From Bispira polyomma (Eukaryota), in assembly GCA_965649765.1 (NCBI GenBank), contig OZ287751.1, positions 30,814,001 through 30,878,000 of the forward strand: 64,000 nucleotides of DNA, given 5' to 3'. Shown one piece after another: positions 27,101-42,100 of this stretch. The notes beneath the pieces were generated by a model. That model saw only the letters and a list, made by a program, of their open reading frames with translations, did not search any database and had not been told where the DNA came from. Each line of letters opens with the position of its first letter. Within the stretch, counting starts at the first letter, position 1. The translations under genes were made by a program, and so were the position numbers.

Positions 27101-30100
27101 CAGAACGTTCAACACTCATTGGCTCGCATCGTGGCCAAAACTTCTAAATTTTCTCATATTACTCCTGTACTTAAGTCACTCCACTGGCTCCCAATAAAAT
27201 ATCGTGTTGCTTTCAAAATTGCAACAATTATATACAAATTTCTAAATTCTGGATCACCCACCTATTTCAGCCCCCATCTCTCCAAATATACATGCTCAGT
27301 CAGGACTAGGCGCAGTAACCCTGATAAGTAATATCTTAACATTCCCACTTTCGACCCTCGCATCCACAAATCCAAAGTACATTTCAATCATTGCCTTGCT
27401 CATGATGGCCCCTTCATATGGAACAGCCTGCCTGATCATGTTCGCTTGGCTCAAACGTTCCTCCTCTTTTAGGAGTAAACTGAAGGCCTACCTTTTTGAA
27501 CAGGCCTTTCCACCTTAGCCATCCCAACCATCCCGGTAGTCTCTCTGGTTATGACCACCATCCGTCCCCCATTTCTGATTTTTTTCATTAATGCTTAGGT
27601 TAGTTGCGCCTTAGAATTTGTTATACAAAGATTAAGCACTATAAAAGTACGATTAGATTAGATTATTTCTGTTCATTCCCTTCTGTGTCACCCTATCAAT
27701 AGTTTGGTAGTTTTATTACTTATGTAGTCAACTACCTCTAACTATAATAATAGTCCCTTCCTTTTAAGCTGATCGTTACTAATTAGGGTAACTGTGTTTC
27801 ACCCCACACCAACGGTACACACAGTAACCCATTAGCACATGTCATTGGAGCCACCCCAACTTGTGGAGGCTCCCCTACTGGTCAACCAACATTACCCCAG
27901 TTATTAATGATTTGAATTTAGTAACACCACCAGTCATCACTGGTGGAATCACCACTAGAGCCACCTCAATATGTGGAGGCTCACCACTGGTCAACCATGA
28001 CAACTTTTAAACACTCTGGTCAATCACATTTATTGTTACCTTTGTGTACTCCATTTTTTTGACAAATATCCCCAACCAGATATCATTAATTCACCCCCAA
28101 ATATTGTATTAGTGTATTCATATTCAGACACTAATAACCATATTTGAGGATTGCCTCCAAGGTGTAAATTCAGAATGCGTTTGAACGGACTGACACACAC
28201 ACACACACACATTGTGTTTATCTGTGTATAATATACCTACTTATCCTATATTTAAATAGGATTGGACCTCAAATTCACTGTCAACTGTATAGATACTGTA
28301 TTCTACTATACCATGTATGATAGGTTCAGTATTTATTCACATTTATATATTTATTATTCCACACATGAGAATAACTATTAATAATTATATGTATATATTA
28401 AATAATATATTTTTATTAATCAATTAAAAAGTTTTTTCTGGCCTCTCTATCTGATAATCATATTGGATCTGATACCAGAATCACTGCTTAATACCCAAAC
28501 ATTGAACCCAACAAAAACACATTATAATGGGTTCACCATTTATTCATTTATTCATACATTTATTTCCCCTCATAGGTGAAATTATATTTATTATTATATA
28601 TGCATAAAGATTAATATAATAGTTTGAACCACCCATTAGTTGACTCTTGGTTCTGTACACACCTGAAACCTTCCTGACCACTTATTTCAGTTAGGACAGG
28701 ATCTATTGTCTCTACAATGATTACCTTTGAGTCAGAGCCCACTTAGAGTTCTGCTCCGCCCAGTTGCTCCGCCTGATCAGGTGGAGTCAGGCGGAGTCCA
28801 TTTTTCCACCTTAAGGTAAAAAAGTTGAAATTTTTTACAGCCTCTGATGAGAAACCCACTGGAGTTCGAAATATATTTGAAACCAATAATATATAAGGCA
28901 GTCAGTTCACTCCTGTCACCTACACCAAGTTCAAATAAACTCTTATCTGATGATCATATTTTGAATGGGACTTTATTGTGTTTATAAAATGCATTATAGA
29001 AGTTTGCCACCAAACGTGAAAGCCAAGTTGACTACCGTAGTAATTTTTTGTTTTTCAAAATTTTTCACCTGTCATTTAGAGCCAAAGTACTTGAGCCAGA
29101 ATAACCCCATTTCATAATGGAGATTCCTTTAGCAAATAGGAAAAACTTTTATGACTTTCAGGTAAAATGCTTAAATGTTGAGATCACATGACCTGATTTT
29201 TCATAAAATGGTTTATAGTATATGAGCAGGAGATACAGCAATTTTTAACAAATTTTTGGCCTGCTAGGGTAGAATGGATGTAATATTGAAATTATCTTAT
29301 TTGTCCATTTGTCCAATCATGACATTTGTCTAATTATTATGGCTAAACTGTTTTGCCACAGGATGATCTTAATTTGTATGGGGCTTTATCATGATACAAT
29401 GCTAAATACAAATTTCGACAAACTCTGAAAAACAAAGATGTCTAGCATGGTGACTTTTTCAAAAAAAAGGGATGGGGGATCGTAGGTTTGTCCATTCATC
29501 CATTTGTTCGTTTGTGACATTTGATTAATTTTAGCCAAACTGTTTGATAAATGATGATCATATTTTGTATTGGGCATGATACAATTTTTGCATAATGATT
29601 TACACACTGTTGAATAATCTGATCTGTGAGATATTGGGTGGTTGTGCTCATACTGAAAGAAATAACTCTGTACCCTGTTTCAGTTGATGTTTATGTAATA
29701 ATAACTTATTAAATATACCCCACAAAATGTAAAATACAACGAAACATTCTTAAATTGTTCTATGTATAGCATCATTTTTTTTTTTTTTGTTCTGTCATGA
29801 AAATTATCTACTTCTCTCCTGCATATATGATCATTTTAATCAACATAAAAACTCCAGCATAACTAACTATATACATTACATTTTTGATGTACCCATACAT
29901 AAAGCCACCCCCAGACCCAGTCTTTTGTCTGTAGTTTAATTATTAATACAAAATGAGGTCCAATTGACTTAAAATCTCTAATCGTTGTTTCCTTTTGTGT
30001 GTGTGATAACACTAATAAACTACTGAGTCTGTATTCTTTAAAAGAAACTGTAACTTAAACTGAGGTTCAACTCATGGTAAAGGCTTATGTGAAAGTCCTT

Positions 30101-33100
30101 TTTACATGGAATAAACCCTGCACCTGTCAGCATTTGTTTTAACAAAGCTTTCAGTGCTGAACTTAAATCTGCAGTCAGATTTTTACGTGACTCTACTCCA
30201 GCCAGACAATATGAGGGACTTTGAGCATTCAATGTGCTTGAATCCAAGTGAGAGCTTGAGATCTTTCCAGACTACTGGGCCACATGACTACAAAATAACT
30301 GAATATGTACGGATCCGTTAGCTAATAAGAGCAGTTGACAGTGTGTCTTTTGTGGTAGAACCAGATGCCTCTATAAAATCTAATAAAGGTCTCTCATGGG
30401 GTTTTTACCCTGTCCTCTTAATGTCACTTTTACACAATGAGCTTTATACCCACACTATACTGTTTTCCCCATCTACTGATGGCCCCCGACTTTAGAAATG
30501 GAGGCGTAAGAGCCAGAGCACATGATACTTCTTCTCTTATAGCAGTGTGTAATAAGTAATGGAAAACTGCTGTTCTCTGGAGCTAGCAAAGGGGCTGTTT
30601 TGTGGTAGAGATGTCATCCACTTCTCAACTTTAACAATTCTCGGTCAGATGCACTTTTTGTGTGTGTGTGTGTTGGGGGGGGGGGAGGGGGGGGGGTTCC
30701 CATCCTTCTTACAGTTATCACTTGCAGTCAGCTTCAGTATTTTCACCTTTTTGTCGGATGTCATCCATTTAGTCTTTGTCCAAGTGTTCAAAATTATTTG
30801 AAAAGAAATGCCACAAGATTTTTTGTCTGTCCTCAGTAAACTAGTCTACAGCTAATAATAAGATTCCTGGAAATACATGAGGACTGTCTTGTCGTACGTG
30901 TGTGGTACAAGTAAAGTAAATACAGTAGAACCTCTATCATCCAAACTTCTATTATCCAAATATTTGCTTTTATGAACTCATTTCCACTCTCTCTCCAAAA
31001 AATTATGTTTTCCTATTGTTTTTTTGCACAAAAGGGCCTTTTTTAATTAAACTCCTACTATCCAAACACAATCTTACTCTCCCATCATGTCCAGATGATA
31101 GAGTTTCTAATGTATACAGGTCCATCATGCAGAAACCCTCCAACTCTGGTGACTTTGAATGACTGTACATATTGGGATGCCAGATACTGCATACCGCATG
31201 TATGGACACTCCTCTTAAAGAATGGGTTTAATTTTGAGATTGATAGAAATAAGTTTTGTGATTTCAATAGAAATTGTAGCCTGGTGCAAGACTAGTTGAT
31301 AACAACACTCTTCTTTGGCTAAACACAGACAAGTCAAATCTTCCACTTTTCTGAGTATTACTTGTACTACTTATACATCTTTAGAGATATATATATATAC
31401 TGTAAGAAATATATAACCTGTTAAGCCCTGGGGGTAAGTGCCTAATGGATTGTATGCCGTCTATCAAAACAAATCTTTTTTAGTTTTTTTCGTTCAACCG
31501 AAAATAAAGAAATGTTTTCCCCTTTTAAAGATCAGTTCACCAATTTGTATGCTCCATAGAGTCTTCAGCCACTGCTTATTCAGGCTTGGAGCAAAACGGG
31601 AAAAAAACCCATAAACAATTCTGCTGCAGACTAGATTGCAAACTTTAAATATTTCAGTACTTACACTTTACAGTAATTGTCACAAAAAATATACAGTAAT
31701 ATACTTAATTGTGGGGTTTAATTTGTTAATTGTATTTAAATTGGTATTAAATATAATAATGTAATATTCGTATTACCTCTGTAACTTGTAGTGATACATT
31801 TTCTGTGGAATGTAACTCAATTATAAAATTTCCCCTCGAACATTTTACTTACATTTCCACAAACAGTCTACTGAAATTACTCACACCCTCATGGTGGGTT
31901 TCCTGCGCCAAAATTTAGTGATTGATTAGTTCATTCCAGTATTACTTCCCTTTATCACACATACACACACACACGTGTAACCACACATACAGTCATCCAT
32001 CTTGTCAAGTCCATTGGAGTTTGACAAGGACTGGTTTCTCTAAATGACCTTTGCTTTTTCTGCTGTGTTTTTCTTTTGAGGGGGGAATTTTTTGAGTGTT
32101 ATAAATGAATGGCTGAGTTATCGTTTGTTTCAGCTTCACATTTTTAAAATTGAAAAAAAACTATTGAAAGAACATGACATGATATACTGTATATGAAGTA
32201 GATATGTTTCAATCAAGAATATTTTTATTGGCACACAACTTAAGAAATTTAATTAAATGTTTTTTAACTGACGGAATAATGCAGATATCTTTCTGGAATG
32301 TTTGAACACTGTCAGTATTTATGAAATGGGGGGGGGGGGGGGGGGGGGGAGTGCCTTGGTAACGCAGAGGTAACACTCTTACCTTCCATCTCTGAAGTCA
32401 TGGGTTTGAGCTTTTGGAATGAATGACCTTTCAAATGAATGACCTTTCAATAACAATCTTGTCCAAACCATATGTCAATGACTACTTGTCACAGTGGGTT
32501 CATATTTTGTATAAATATTAACAAAACGTAGCTGTGCAACATTCGTGCCTGACATTATCCTGACCTTTTGATGTTGGTGTAAGTGAACTTGACCTGGGAA
32601 CTTACCCGACTATATTTTACTACCTTTCACAGGAGGTTTATATTTTGTACAAATATTCATTAGGGCCTGTTGATGTGCAGCATCTTGCTCTGATACCATT
32701 TAACCGGTGACAATGGAGTAATGATCTTACCATAAAAAGTTTTTTCCAAACTGTCTGGTAGTATCTACTCACAGGAATTTTTTATTAATAAAGATTGTGA
32801 AGGTAATCAATATTCCCTTTATCAGTTCATAGTCATGGTTGTCCCAGGTCAAGGAAAACCTGGAAAATCTAAATGGTCATGAAAAAGTCATGGAATTTAA
32901 TATTTTAAACGTCATGACATAGTCATGGAATTTGTAAATCTGCCCAAAATGTTGTGCTATGAATGTGATAAAATGTAGCAACTCCAGAAAAATGCACTGA
33001 ATTTAACACTGGTACTTGTCACTTGTGTACAGGTGCAGAATGTGACGGCTGTAAAGGGGGGATGGGAGGCTGTACTATTAAAAAAAAACCTGTAATTAGA

Positions 33101-36100
33101 CATCACAAAATCAAATATTCCAAAATTCAATCATTTGTGTACCCAGAAAGCAGAATTGTGTCTGGAGAAGTAAACCAGCTGTTTCAATATCTCTGGTTCT
33201 ATTTTCTCTTCTCAGAACAAAAATTCAGTTATCTGCGGTTCCAATGCTAAATAGGAATTTTGCAAAAGATATATACTTTTGATCTTCTCTGCACCAAGCA
33301 TTGTTAATCACAAACTTTACCTACAGGGAAACTACTTTGTTGCATGTTAGCTTGCAATCTGATTTTGCAAAGGAGAGTCATATTTTGTGTCTCAATGGGG
33401 CAGTATTTAAAGCAACCTCATCACGGCCTCCATGTCAGTGGCACTTTGTGTGCAGATCTAAGAAATCTAATTTGGAAACGGGAATAGTGTTTTAATTATT
33501 TTGGTTGTTGAAGTTGTACTTTGTAAAGTTTAGTAATTAGGGAGTGTACTCTATATTGTTCAAAAGTATCAATAATTGTCACAGCACTATATTGTTCAAA
33601 AGTATCAATAATTGTCACAGCACTAAGATATAAAATTCGGTGCCATTCTTAAAACTGGATAAATAAAATAAATTCACTAAAAGTAATCTCATGGTAACTA
33701 TGTTTATTTTGTACTGTTTTGTGATAAAATACCCATGGTACTGTATGGGTTAGAATGTGAACATTATTAAACATATACATGTACCTATAATGTGAATAAA
33801 CTTGCAGCTTGAAATCCCCAGCTCACCTATTCTGTCACTAGCAGTCCAAATTATTGTTCCTCCATACATCAGTAGTAATTACATTAACTGAAAAGTGTAC
33901 TTGTGACATAGGAGCTACTTATGATGAAAGGATCAATGTGTAAATAATTTAGTGTACAACTTGATATGTTCAGGAGTATATGGACTAGATCTGGATTTAG
34001 TTCGAGTTTTCTTAAAATGGTTTAAAAAAACATGGTTAGGAAAAAATTAAATTGAACGTCGTAGTTTCTTTAATGTGTCGAGTTGATTCAAAAATCCAGA
34101 GGAAAGGGCAAAAGCTATATTGGACTGATCAATTAGTGGCCACTCAAGTATAAAATTCCATTTCAATCTTAATATTTTGTGATCTTTGATGTAAAACTTT
34201 AAAAAAAAATTTCTAGAGCCGCGGTGGCCCAATGGTTAGAAGCGTTAAAAGCTTCACAATCACTGGCCTCTCATCCATGTGGGTTCGAATTCTGTTCATT
34301 TGTTCATATGGGGAAGTTTGTCAGCTACTTGGCCACGGGTTGGTAGTTTACAGTGCCTCAGCACTGGTTTCTGTTTTTTTAACCATAAAATCTGGCCCTC
34401 GTGATATGACCTAAGCTGTTAAAAAAGTGACATAAAACTCAACTAAATTCAAATTTATTCTCAAATGAATTATAACTGGTTTGGAAAACTGGTTGTTGTA
34501 ATCAATACAAGAACCGACAACTGGGTAAACAGGTTTATTGTTTACAACTTCAGTATAGACACACAACCTGGTAAAGTGTTGTTGAATACAGACATAACTT
34601 CATGTATAACATAGTAGATAACCTCTATTATCTGAACTTCTCTTATCCATATATGTATTTTTTTAATAAATTTATTTTCACTCTCCCAATTTTATGTTAT
34701 TTATATATCTATATATCTATATTTATTTTTTTGACTAAAATCCTTCTTTCTTTCTACATGTTTAAACAATAAAGTTCCCACTGTACTTCTCCAAATCCTT
34801 AATTGTTTATCCAAATTATGGTTCATCTACACAATTATTTATTTATAGAAATATCTTTATACTTGTGATGTAGAATGAATTTATGTTAAAATACGGGACC
34901 CTAATGAATACCCTACTCTAAAACCATTTGCTTGAAGCACAGAAAAAAAAGCAGACCAAGCTCTCCATAACACCCACTTAATATGCTTATAATTGTTGTG
35001 CACCTGACACTTTGCCATTGGTCAATGGATTGTGATTTAATCCATAGAAAATGTGTAGTTTATTGTACGCAAAAGTGTAGGTTATGGTATACAAAAGTGT
35101 AATTGCATAGACAGCCTCCTCTGAACATATGTTACTGCAGGAACACATTTATGGAAATCAGTTTAGCGCAAAATTAACATTCATAGTCATGATTGCGTCA
35201 GCTTCTATATGATTAACAAGCCAGTGGAGACTATATGAACAAGTGATACTCTGACCTCTCTATCTTCACTGTTTGGAATCAATTTAAGCTTTTTTACACA
35301 AATGAGATTGAATGGTAATTTCCAATGAAGATTAAAACTTGTACTTAAAGCTTATCAGTAAAACAGGTTCAATAGTGTTTAAAAATTAGTAACATTTTGT
35401 CCCAGCTAAAATTTCTCCTTCTACGTTATGTTAGTATCTTAATTCATACATAGTGCATTAATTCAATTGAAATATGCGCATTGAGCAGATTTAAAAAAAA
35501 TCCACAAAACATTTACATGTGTGTCCACTGGAATCATTGAGATGGCACAATGAGAAACGAGCTTCTGATTGCTATGGTAGAATAAGTAGTGTGTACAAAC
35601 AATACCAATTAAAAATTATGCAAGACCTACAACTTTACTCAATAATAAACCCTATAACGACCATGATTGTTGGTGGTTGTCGACACTCATTTGAATCTGA
35701 GAAACCATGTCTATCGACACTGGTATATTGCAGTTTACACACAACTCGGTTTGTGTGAGACTATTTTTTCTACAAATCATAGGGAGACTGCTGTATACAA
35801 GAGTGCATTTTGAACCCTATATGTTTTGCATTATATTTATTCAATCTCACGATCGTGTGTAAAAACACTCTCTAGGTGGTTTTGTTCCCTGCTGGTCACT
35901 GGATACGGACTGGACGATGTTTTGGGACTATTCTTTGTGAATATGACTCTGATTTGAGCGTCTTTAGGGCTTTACAGACCGTGGACTACACAGCACTATA
36001 CTACAAACAAATAGAAATAAGACAATATATATATATTGATTATTCACACTGATCCCTACACATCATTGGCAATTAAACTTGGAGAAATCTACAAAAATGT

Positions 36101-39100
36101 TGTATTGTTAGGTTGCCCTATATGTAATATTTACCAAAATTATTAGTGGAGGAGAGGTACATTCACACATTTATATGGCTTATGTAGTGTGGTGGTTGAT
36201 GAAAATAGTACTGACATGACATGCCGTGGCGTCCCCTATACTGTTGTGTAGTCAGTGGTTTGTAAAGCCTTTTATAGACTATTTTACAGCACAAATAAAG
36301 TTATTGCCATTATATGACATCATTACATCAGTTAAATCTTATTTACTGGTGTTTTATCTATTTCTATTTAGATGATTTGGAAGTGAGAAAAAGCGGAGCT
36401 GTGTTAATAGCCCGAGAAGTGTGGGGAGCCATCCGGGGTCTGGAGACTTTTACACAGCTTGTGTACCAGAACGAAGCTGGACAAGTGAGTACTCATATCC
36501 ATATTTGTATACTGAGAACATATAAAATTAAAAATTTAGTGTCTCTGTGGCGTAGCGGTTTGGATCTGAAAGATCTGAGGGTCCCAGTTCGATCCTCGCT
36601 GCTGGCGGGGTGATTGTACCCTTGGACAAGGTGCTTTAACCAAAATAGTCCCTCTCTTCCCAGGTATATAAATGGGTACCTGGCCGCTACTGGGTGTTAG
36701 TCTTTGATGCGCCGAATGTGGCAGCATGGCTAGTATGCTTCCTGGGGGAGTTGAGACTGAACAATTGGTTCACAAGTGCAAGAACCCAGCCTGAGCTTAT
36801 AACGTCAAAGCACAATAACTGGGCTATATCAAATAATAGTTATTAGTATTTATTTACCTTAATCTGGTAATCACATCATTATAATTACATGTACCCCTTT
36901 ACTTGACTTGCCAAAGTAGAGTCAGCCAGCACTAGTAACTCTAGTAACTAGTACAGTGGAAACTCTACTATCCAGACATGTTGCGAGAACAAGATTTTGT
37001 TCGAATAATAGACTGTTTATGAAATAGAAGAAGCATTTTAGTATAAAATAATAGGAAAATGAAAATTTAGGAGAGTGATACTGTATTCATAAAATCGAAT
37101 ATTCAGAATTTCAGATAATAGAAGTTCGGATAATAGAGGTTTGACTGTATACATAGTTACAAGGTTACCATTACCCACACAGAAGATATGCCCAGACGAA
37201 AGTTAGACTACATGCTACAATGAGTAGATTTTACAGAGAAAAACCTTTGCGTTACTCCAAATAAAAGAGTAACTGACCAACCAGAGTTCTACCTGCTGTA
37301 CTTGTAACAGGTTTCATGGAGAGTTTCTTGATGACTTAGTTTTACAATATGTGAAATAGTGTTAAGCACACCCCACTTCTACGAAGTAGCCCTTATAACC
37401 TGACAATGTTCCATATAATATATCTACATACAATGTATGATTTAAATTATACAGTAACACAGAAATTTGGCGTTTCTTATTTAGATGTCTGGACAATATT
37501 AACTTTTGGAAGTGATCCGATACAAAATACTTATTAATGATTTATTAAACGTTGAAATTTTTTTGAGCGACTTCGGGTGAATTTTTGGCCCGGCGGGTAT
37601 ATACAGTCACCTGCAACTTGCCCAAATCTTTAAAAATTTTCAAAAAATCCAAATTTTCTAAAAAAGAGTTCCAAAAAATCTTAAAAANNNNNNNNNNNNN
37701 NNNNNNNNNNNNNNNNNNNNNNNNNNNNNNNNNNNNNNNNNNNNNNNNNNNNNNNNNNNNNNNNNNNNNNNNNNNNNNNNNNNNNNNNNNNNNNNNNNNN
37801 NNNNNNNNNNNNNNNNNNNNNNNNNNNNNNNNNNNNNNNNNNNNNNNNNNNNNNNNNNNNNNNNNNNNNNNNNNNNNNNNNNNNNNNNNNNNNNNNNNNN
37901 NNNNNNNNNNTTTGGCGGCCAACTTGAATTTCTGCGTTAAACATATAAACGTGTTTATCTCGGTAATAATGCCAGATGGAGCGATGTCAGCCGAATTTTG
38001 GGGTATATGCAGAAAATCGCTCTCCCACCATTTTTGGCAGCCATCAAAATACATTTAACGTCACACAATGTTTCATTTGGATGCTTTGTTTTTGCTGTGC
38101 AAAAACAATTTGCTTTCATTTGCAAAGCAGTTTCTAATTTTAATATGGTTTTTGCGGTATTTTCGGAAGCTGTACAAAACATCCATCTTCATCTGTCCTA
38201 AGTCGGAGCTTATCACCTAATTATGGGACCAACAGGTCGCCATTCTCATCTTGTTATCATAATTTGTTTGTCACAAATTTGACAATATTTTTTATTACTT
38301 TTGTAATAGGTCTTGTATTTGTGATATGTCTGTATTATTTGTTCACTATTGGATCCATAATTGCATTGTAGAAATTGTAACAGCAAATACCACTTTGTTT
38401 CCCTATTATTTTACCTCTTCTCACACGAGGTGTAAAACAGTTATAAAGACAGTGACAAATATGAATTGTTCTAAATGTAATTAAATATGTAAAATGTAAA
38501 ATAAATAGAACTACATCAGGGATAGGTATATGACTACATGATGAATACACTGAATATAACTCTCTTGTGGTTAACATTAACATGGTAGGTATACATTTTT
38601 TGTATAGCCTATTATTCTGTGGTTTCTAAACCTCGGAAAAGTCACGGAATTCCGTCACGGAACGGAAAATCGCCTAAAAATCGCCCAATACATATATATA
38701 TAAACAAAGATGACCCTATAAGTTACCTAAAATCGTTAATAATTAACCGATTTTGATAATTTAAACACCACTGTAATCCTTATAACAAGGGCCATGTATA
38801 GATGCTAAAAGAAAAACGCAACAATAGGTTGAATATATATTTATTGACATCAAAGAACATACACAAAGAATTTGACAATTCTAGAGTATATTCAATGCAA
38901 AGGATCTGTCTGTTACTGTGTTAAGTCTATTCAATGCAGATGCTCTGTCACAGTACCAAGTATATTGGACGATCCACGGAAAATCGCCCAATACATTCTA
39001 GAGTATATTCACTGCAGGGACTCCGTCACTGCATTGAGTCTATTAGGCGATTCACGGAAAATCGCCTAGAATCAGTAGGGGGCTTCTATTTTAATGAATT

Positions 39101-42100
39101 ATAATATTTCTATACAAATAATACTTTAAACCCTAATATATATGGATTGTATATTATATAAGGTTTCCATTGGTGTTTAAATGATTAAAATCAGACAAAT
39201 ATTGACAATTCTAGAGTATATTCAATGCAAAGGATATGTCTGTCACTTTACTAAGTCTATTGGGCGATCCACGGAAAATCGCCTATAATCAGTAAGGGAC
39301 TTCTATTTTAATAAATCTATATATATTTCTATACAAATGACACTTTAAACCCTTATATATAGATAGATTGGATGTGATATAAGGTTGCCATTGGTGTTTA
39401 AAATCATTAATTAAAAATTATTAAAATCAGACAAATATTGACAATTCTAGAGTACATACACTGCAAGGGGTCTTTCTGTCACTGTATTAAGTCTATTAGG
39501 CGATCCACGGAAAATCGCCTAGAATAAGTAAGGGCTTCTATTTTAATAAATTATAATATTTTGATCATTTAACCTCTTAATTATAAGATAAAATCAAGTT
39601 TTTCAAACACAACCATAGTATTAAGAAGATTGCACTTAGAGGTAAGTTAACAACATCAAACAAATAATCTGTGGCTCCAGTAGTGTAATTGGATAGAGAC
39701 AACTTCATTGTGTGGTCTTATTGTCCATTCAGTTTCATAATTATAATATAAATTAACGTTTAGGTACTTAAACTATGACTTTAAAGAGTTAGGCCATTTT
39801 TAGGCCATTTTTGGGCGATTTTTAGGCCATTTTTGGGCGATTTCAGTCGATTTTCCGTATCGCCCTCACGGAATACCAAAGTTTAGAAGCCACCCTATAA
39901 TTCACCAATGAAGCTCAAGTTGAAAGTCATACCAAACCCAAGTCATACTAAACCCAAGTCATACTGAATCAAAGAGAAGGGGCTCTGTTGATGGCCTTAT
40001 ACAAAGGACATCTCCTATACTTGTTACCATTCTTTTTAATAGAGCAGTCAGCACTGAGTTGAAATTATGCAGCCAGATTTTTTGTTTTGCTCTGACCAGA
40101 AACATGGATATAGGAGTTTTAACCTCGAGTTAGAGCTGAGCTATATATAGAGTTTTGCAGCATAAAAGTCATTCACTTATCCTTGCCCTAATGCCGAGGA
40201 TACATTATGGTGAGATATATACCGGTTCCGCTCTCCATCTCGCCCATGTTCGCATAAACGCCCATCCCCAACTTTTTAAATATTACGGAAAACGGCCAAT
40301 TAACTTTGCAAAAAACGTATCATATAACAACAAATACCATGAAGGAACTATCAAAAATCGATGTTTTTATATGCAAAACTTTGTAAAACATGCCAGTTTA
40401 AGGTAACTTGGTCATATAAACAGCCATCATTTGCGCTTCCTGTGTACACTAAGAATGGTGACGTTTTTTCACCTGGGAGCACCTGTAATTCCGGTACGCA
40501 GTTGGAGATAAAACAACAAAATGGGGCTGTTTTTCGCAAGGAATTGTATGGATTTGTTAATTTTTCTATTTCACAGATAAAAAAGGTGATTTTGATGTAC
40601 TTTATGTCATTTTATAATGTTTATACGGATCGAAACGAAATACGAATTCGCATAACGGCCCATTCTCACAATCGCCCATCCCCAACTTCTTTGAGTTTTT
40701 GTTGTTTTCGCCCCTGGGCGCCTCCGAGAGCGGAACTGGTATATATACTTCACACATATTAAGGTCAAATCAGACTCTCAAGGTCAACTGAAAGGTCTCC
40801 CTTATCTATGGGGAGAGGGGCCGCGGTGGCCTAGTGGTTAGCAAGCATTGCGCTTCACAATCACTGGTGTCTCACCTCTGGGCGGCGTGAGTTTGACTCC
40901 CATTGATGCCTATGTGGGAAAGGTGGTATTTCCTTACTGTGGGCCGCTGGTTTCAATGCAGAACCTTGATCAACTGTATGCAGTGTTTCCTCCAGCGTTT
41001 CCAATTCCAATATAACCTAAAACAGGTACTAGAGTGGACATTAAATATTCAAATAAAAAAAAGACAAACTATCTCTGGGGAGAAGAAGATACATCTGACT
41101 GCATATTTGAGTTCAGTGCCAAAAGCTTTATTGAAAGAATGGTCACAAGTACAGGTTGTGTCTGTATACCCATTGCCTTAACCAGAGTTGAATCTGAGTT
41201 TGAGCAAGTTTCTTTCGAAAATATAGGGCCATAATTTTCAGGTATAAGACGTAAAAGAGTTCACAATTTTAGTCATTTGTTTGATTTATATATTTTTTGT
41301 ACAAAAACGCACTAACTTTACCTCTCATTCTCAAGATGTCAATCTTGTCATTGTTAAGTGTATCTGGAACCCTCAAAGTAAATATTGATACTGGTTTATA
41401 GTCTGATATCAACCCTAAATGGGTTTTAGGCAGTTTTGATGCCTCCAGCTTAGGTTATTTCTTTTTTATCAATTAAATATTAACTCTGAGCTCTCTTATA
41501 AGGGAGCACATACTAGTCATGCTGCCACGTATGGTGCAAAGAGTGACAGCCATTAAATACACCTTTGTGTGAAATATCTTGTCCAAAGCCACAATATCTG
41601 GACCTTCTGTCCAAAATCAAATACTCTAACCACTAGGCCATTACTTTGGTTTTGATAGATCGGATTAACTATTACTAGTCAGTTTAGAATGGAAATCTTG
41701 TAATTATCAGTATATAGGATTGATTAACTGGGACTCAATACATACTACTTTTACCACCTTATTTATTTATTTTGTTTGTTTAAACATAATTTATTTAACG
41801 ACAATTACCCACAGCCACAAGGCACTTGGGCTTCTTGTCCAAAAAAACAACAACACATTTTACACAGTAAACAACAACATATGGTACAAAAAGAAATACT
41901 ATACACTATTGAGTGATAATTTAACAAAACAGGAAGTTATTACATAGTACAAAAGATGAATGATAGGATGACATGTAACGTGTGTGACATTAAAATCTAA
42001 TTAATAGTGAACCTATTGGTGTGTGAAATAAACAACTGCACTATGTCAAATAGTGTTCGATCAATTTTAAAAAGACCAGTGCCATACAGTAAAATATGTG

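Noticed and set aside
28947-28975. Second CTGATGA near the hammerhead
   Set aside because: No correctly placed stem II and GAAA follow it.
37545-38058. ORFs of 157-169 aa
   Set aside because: They are open only because they cross the N gap.
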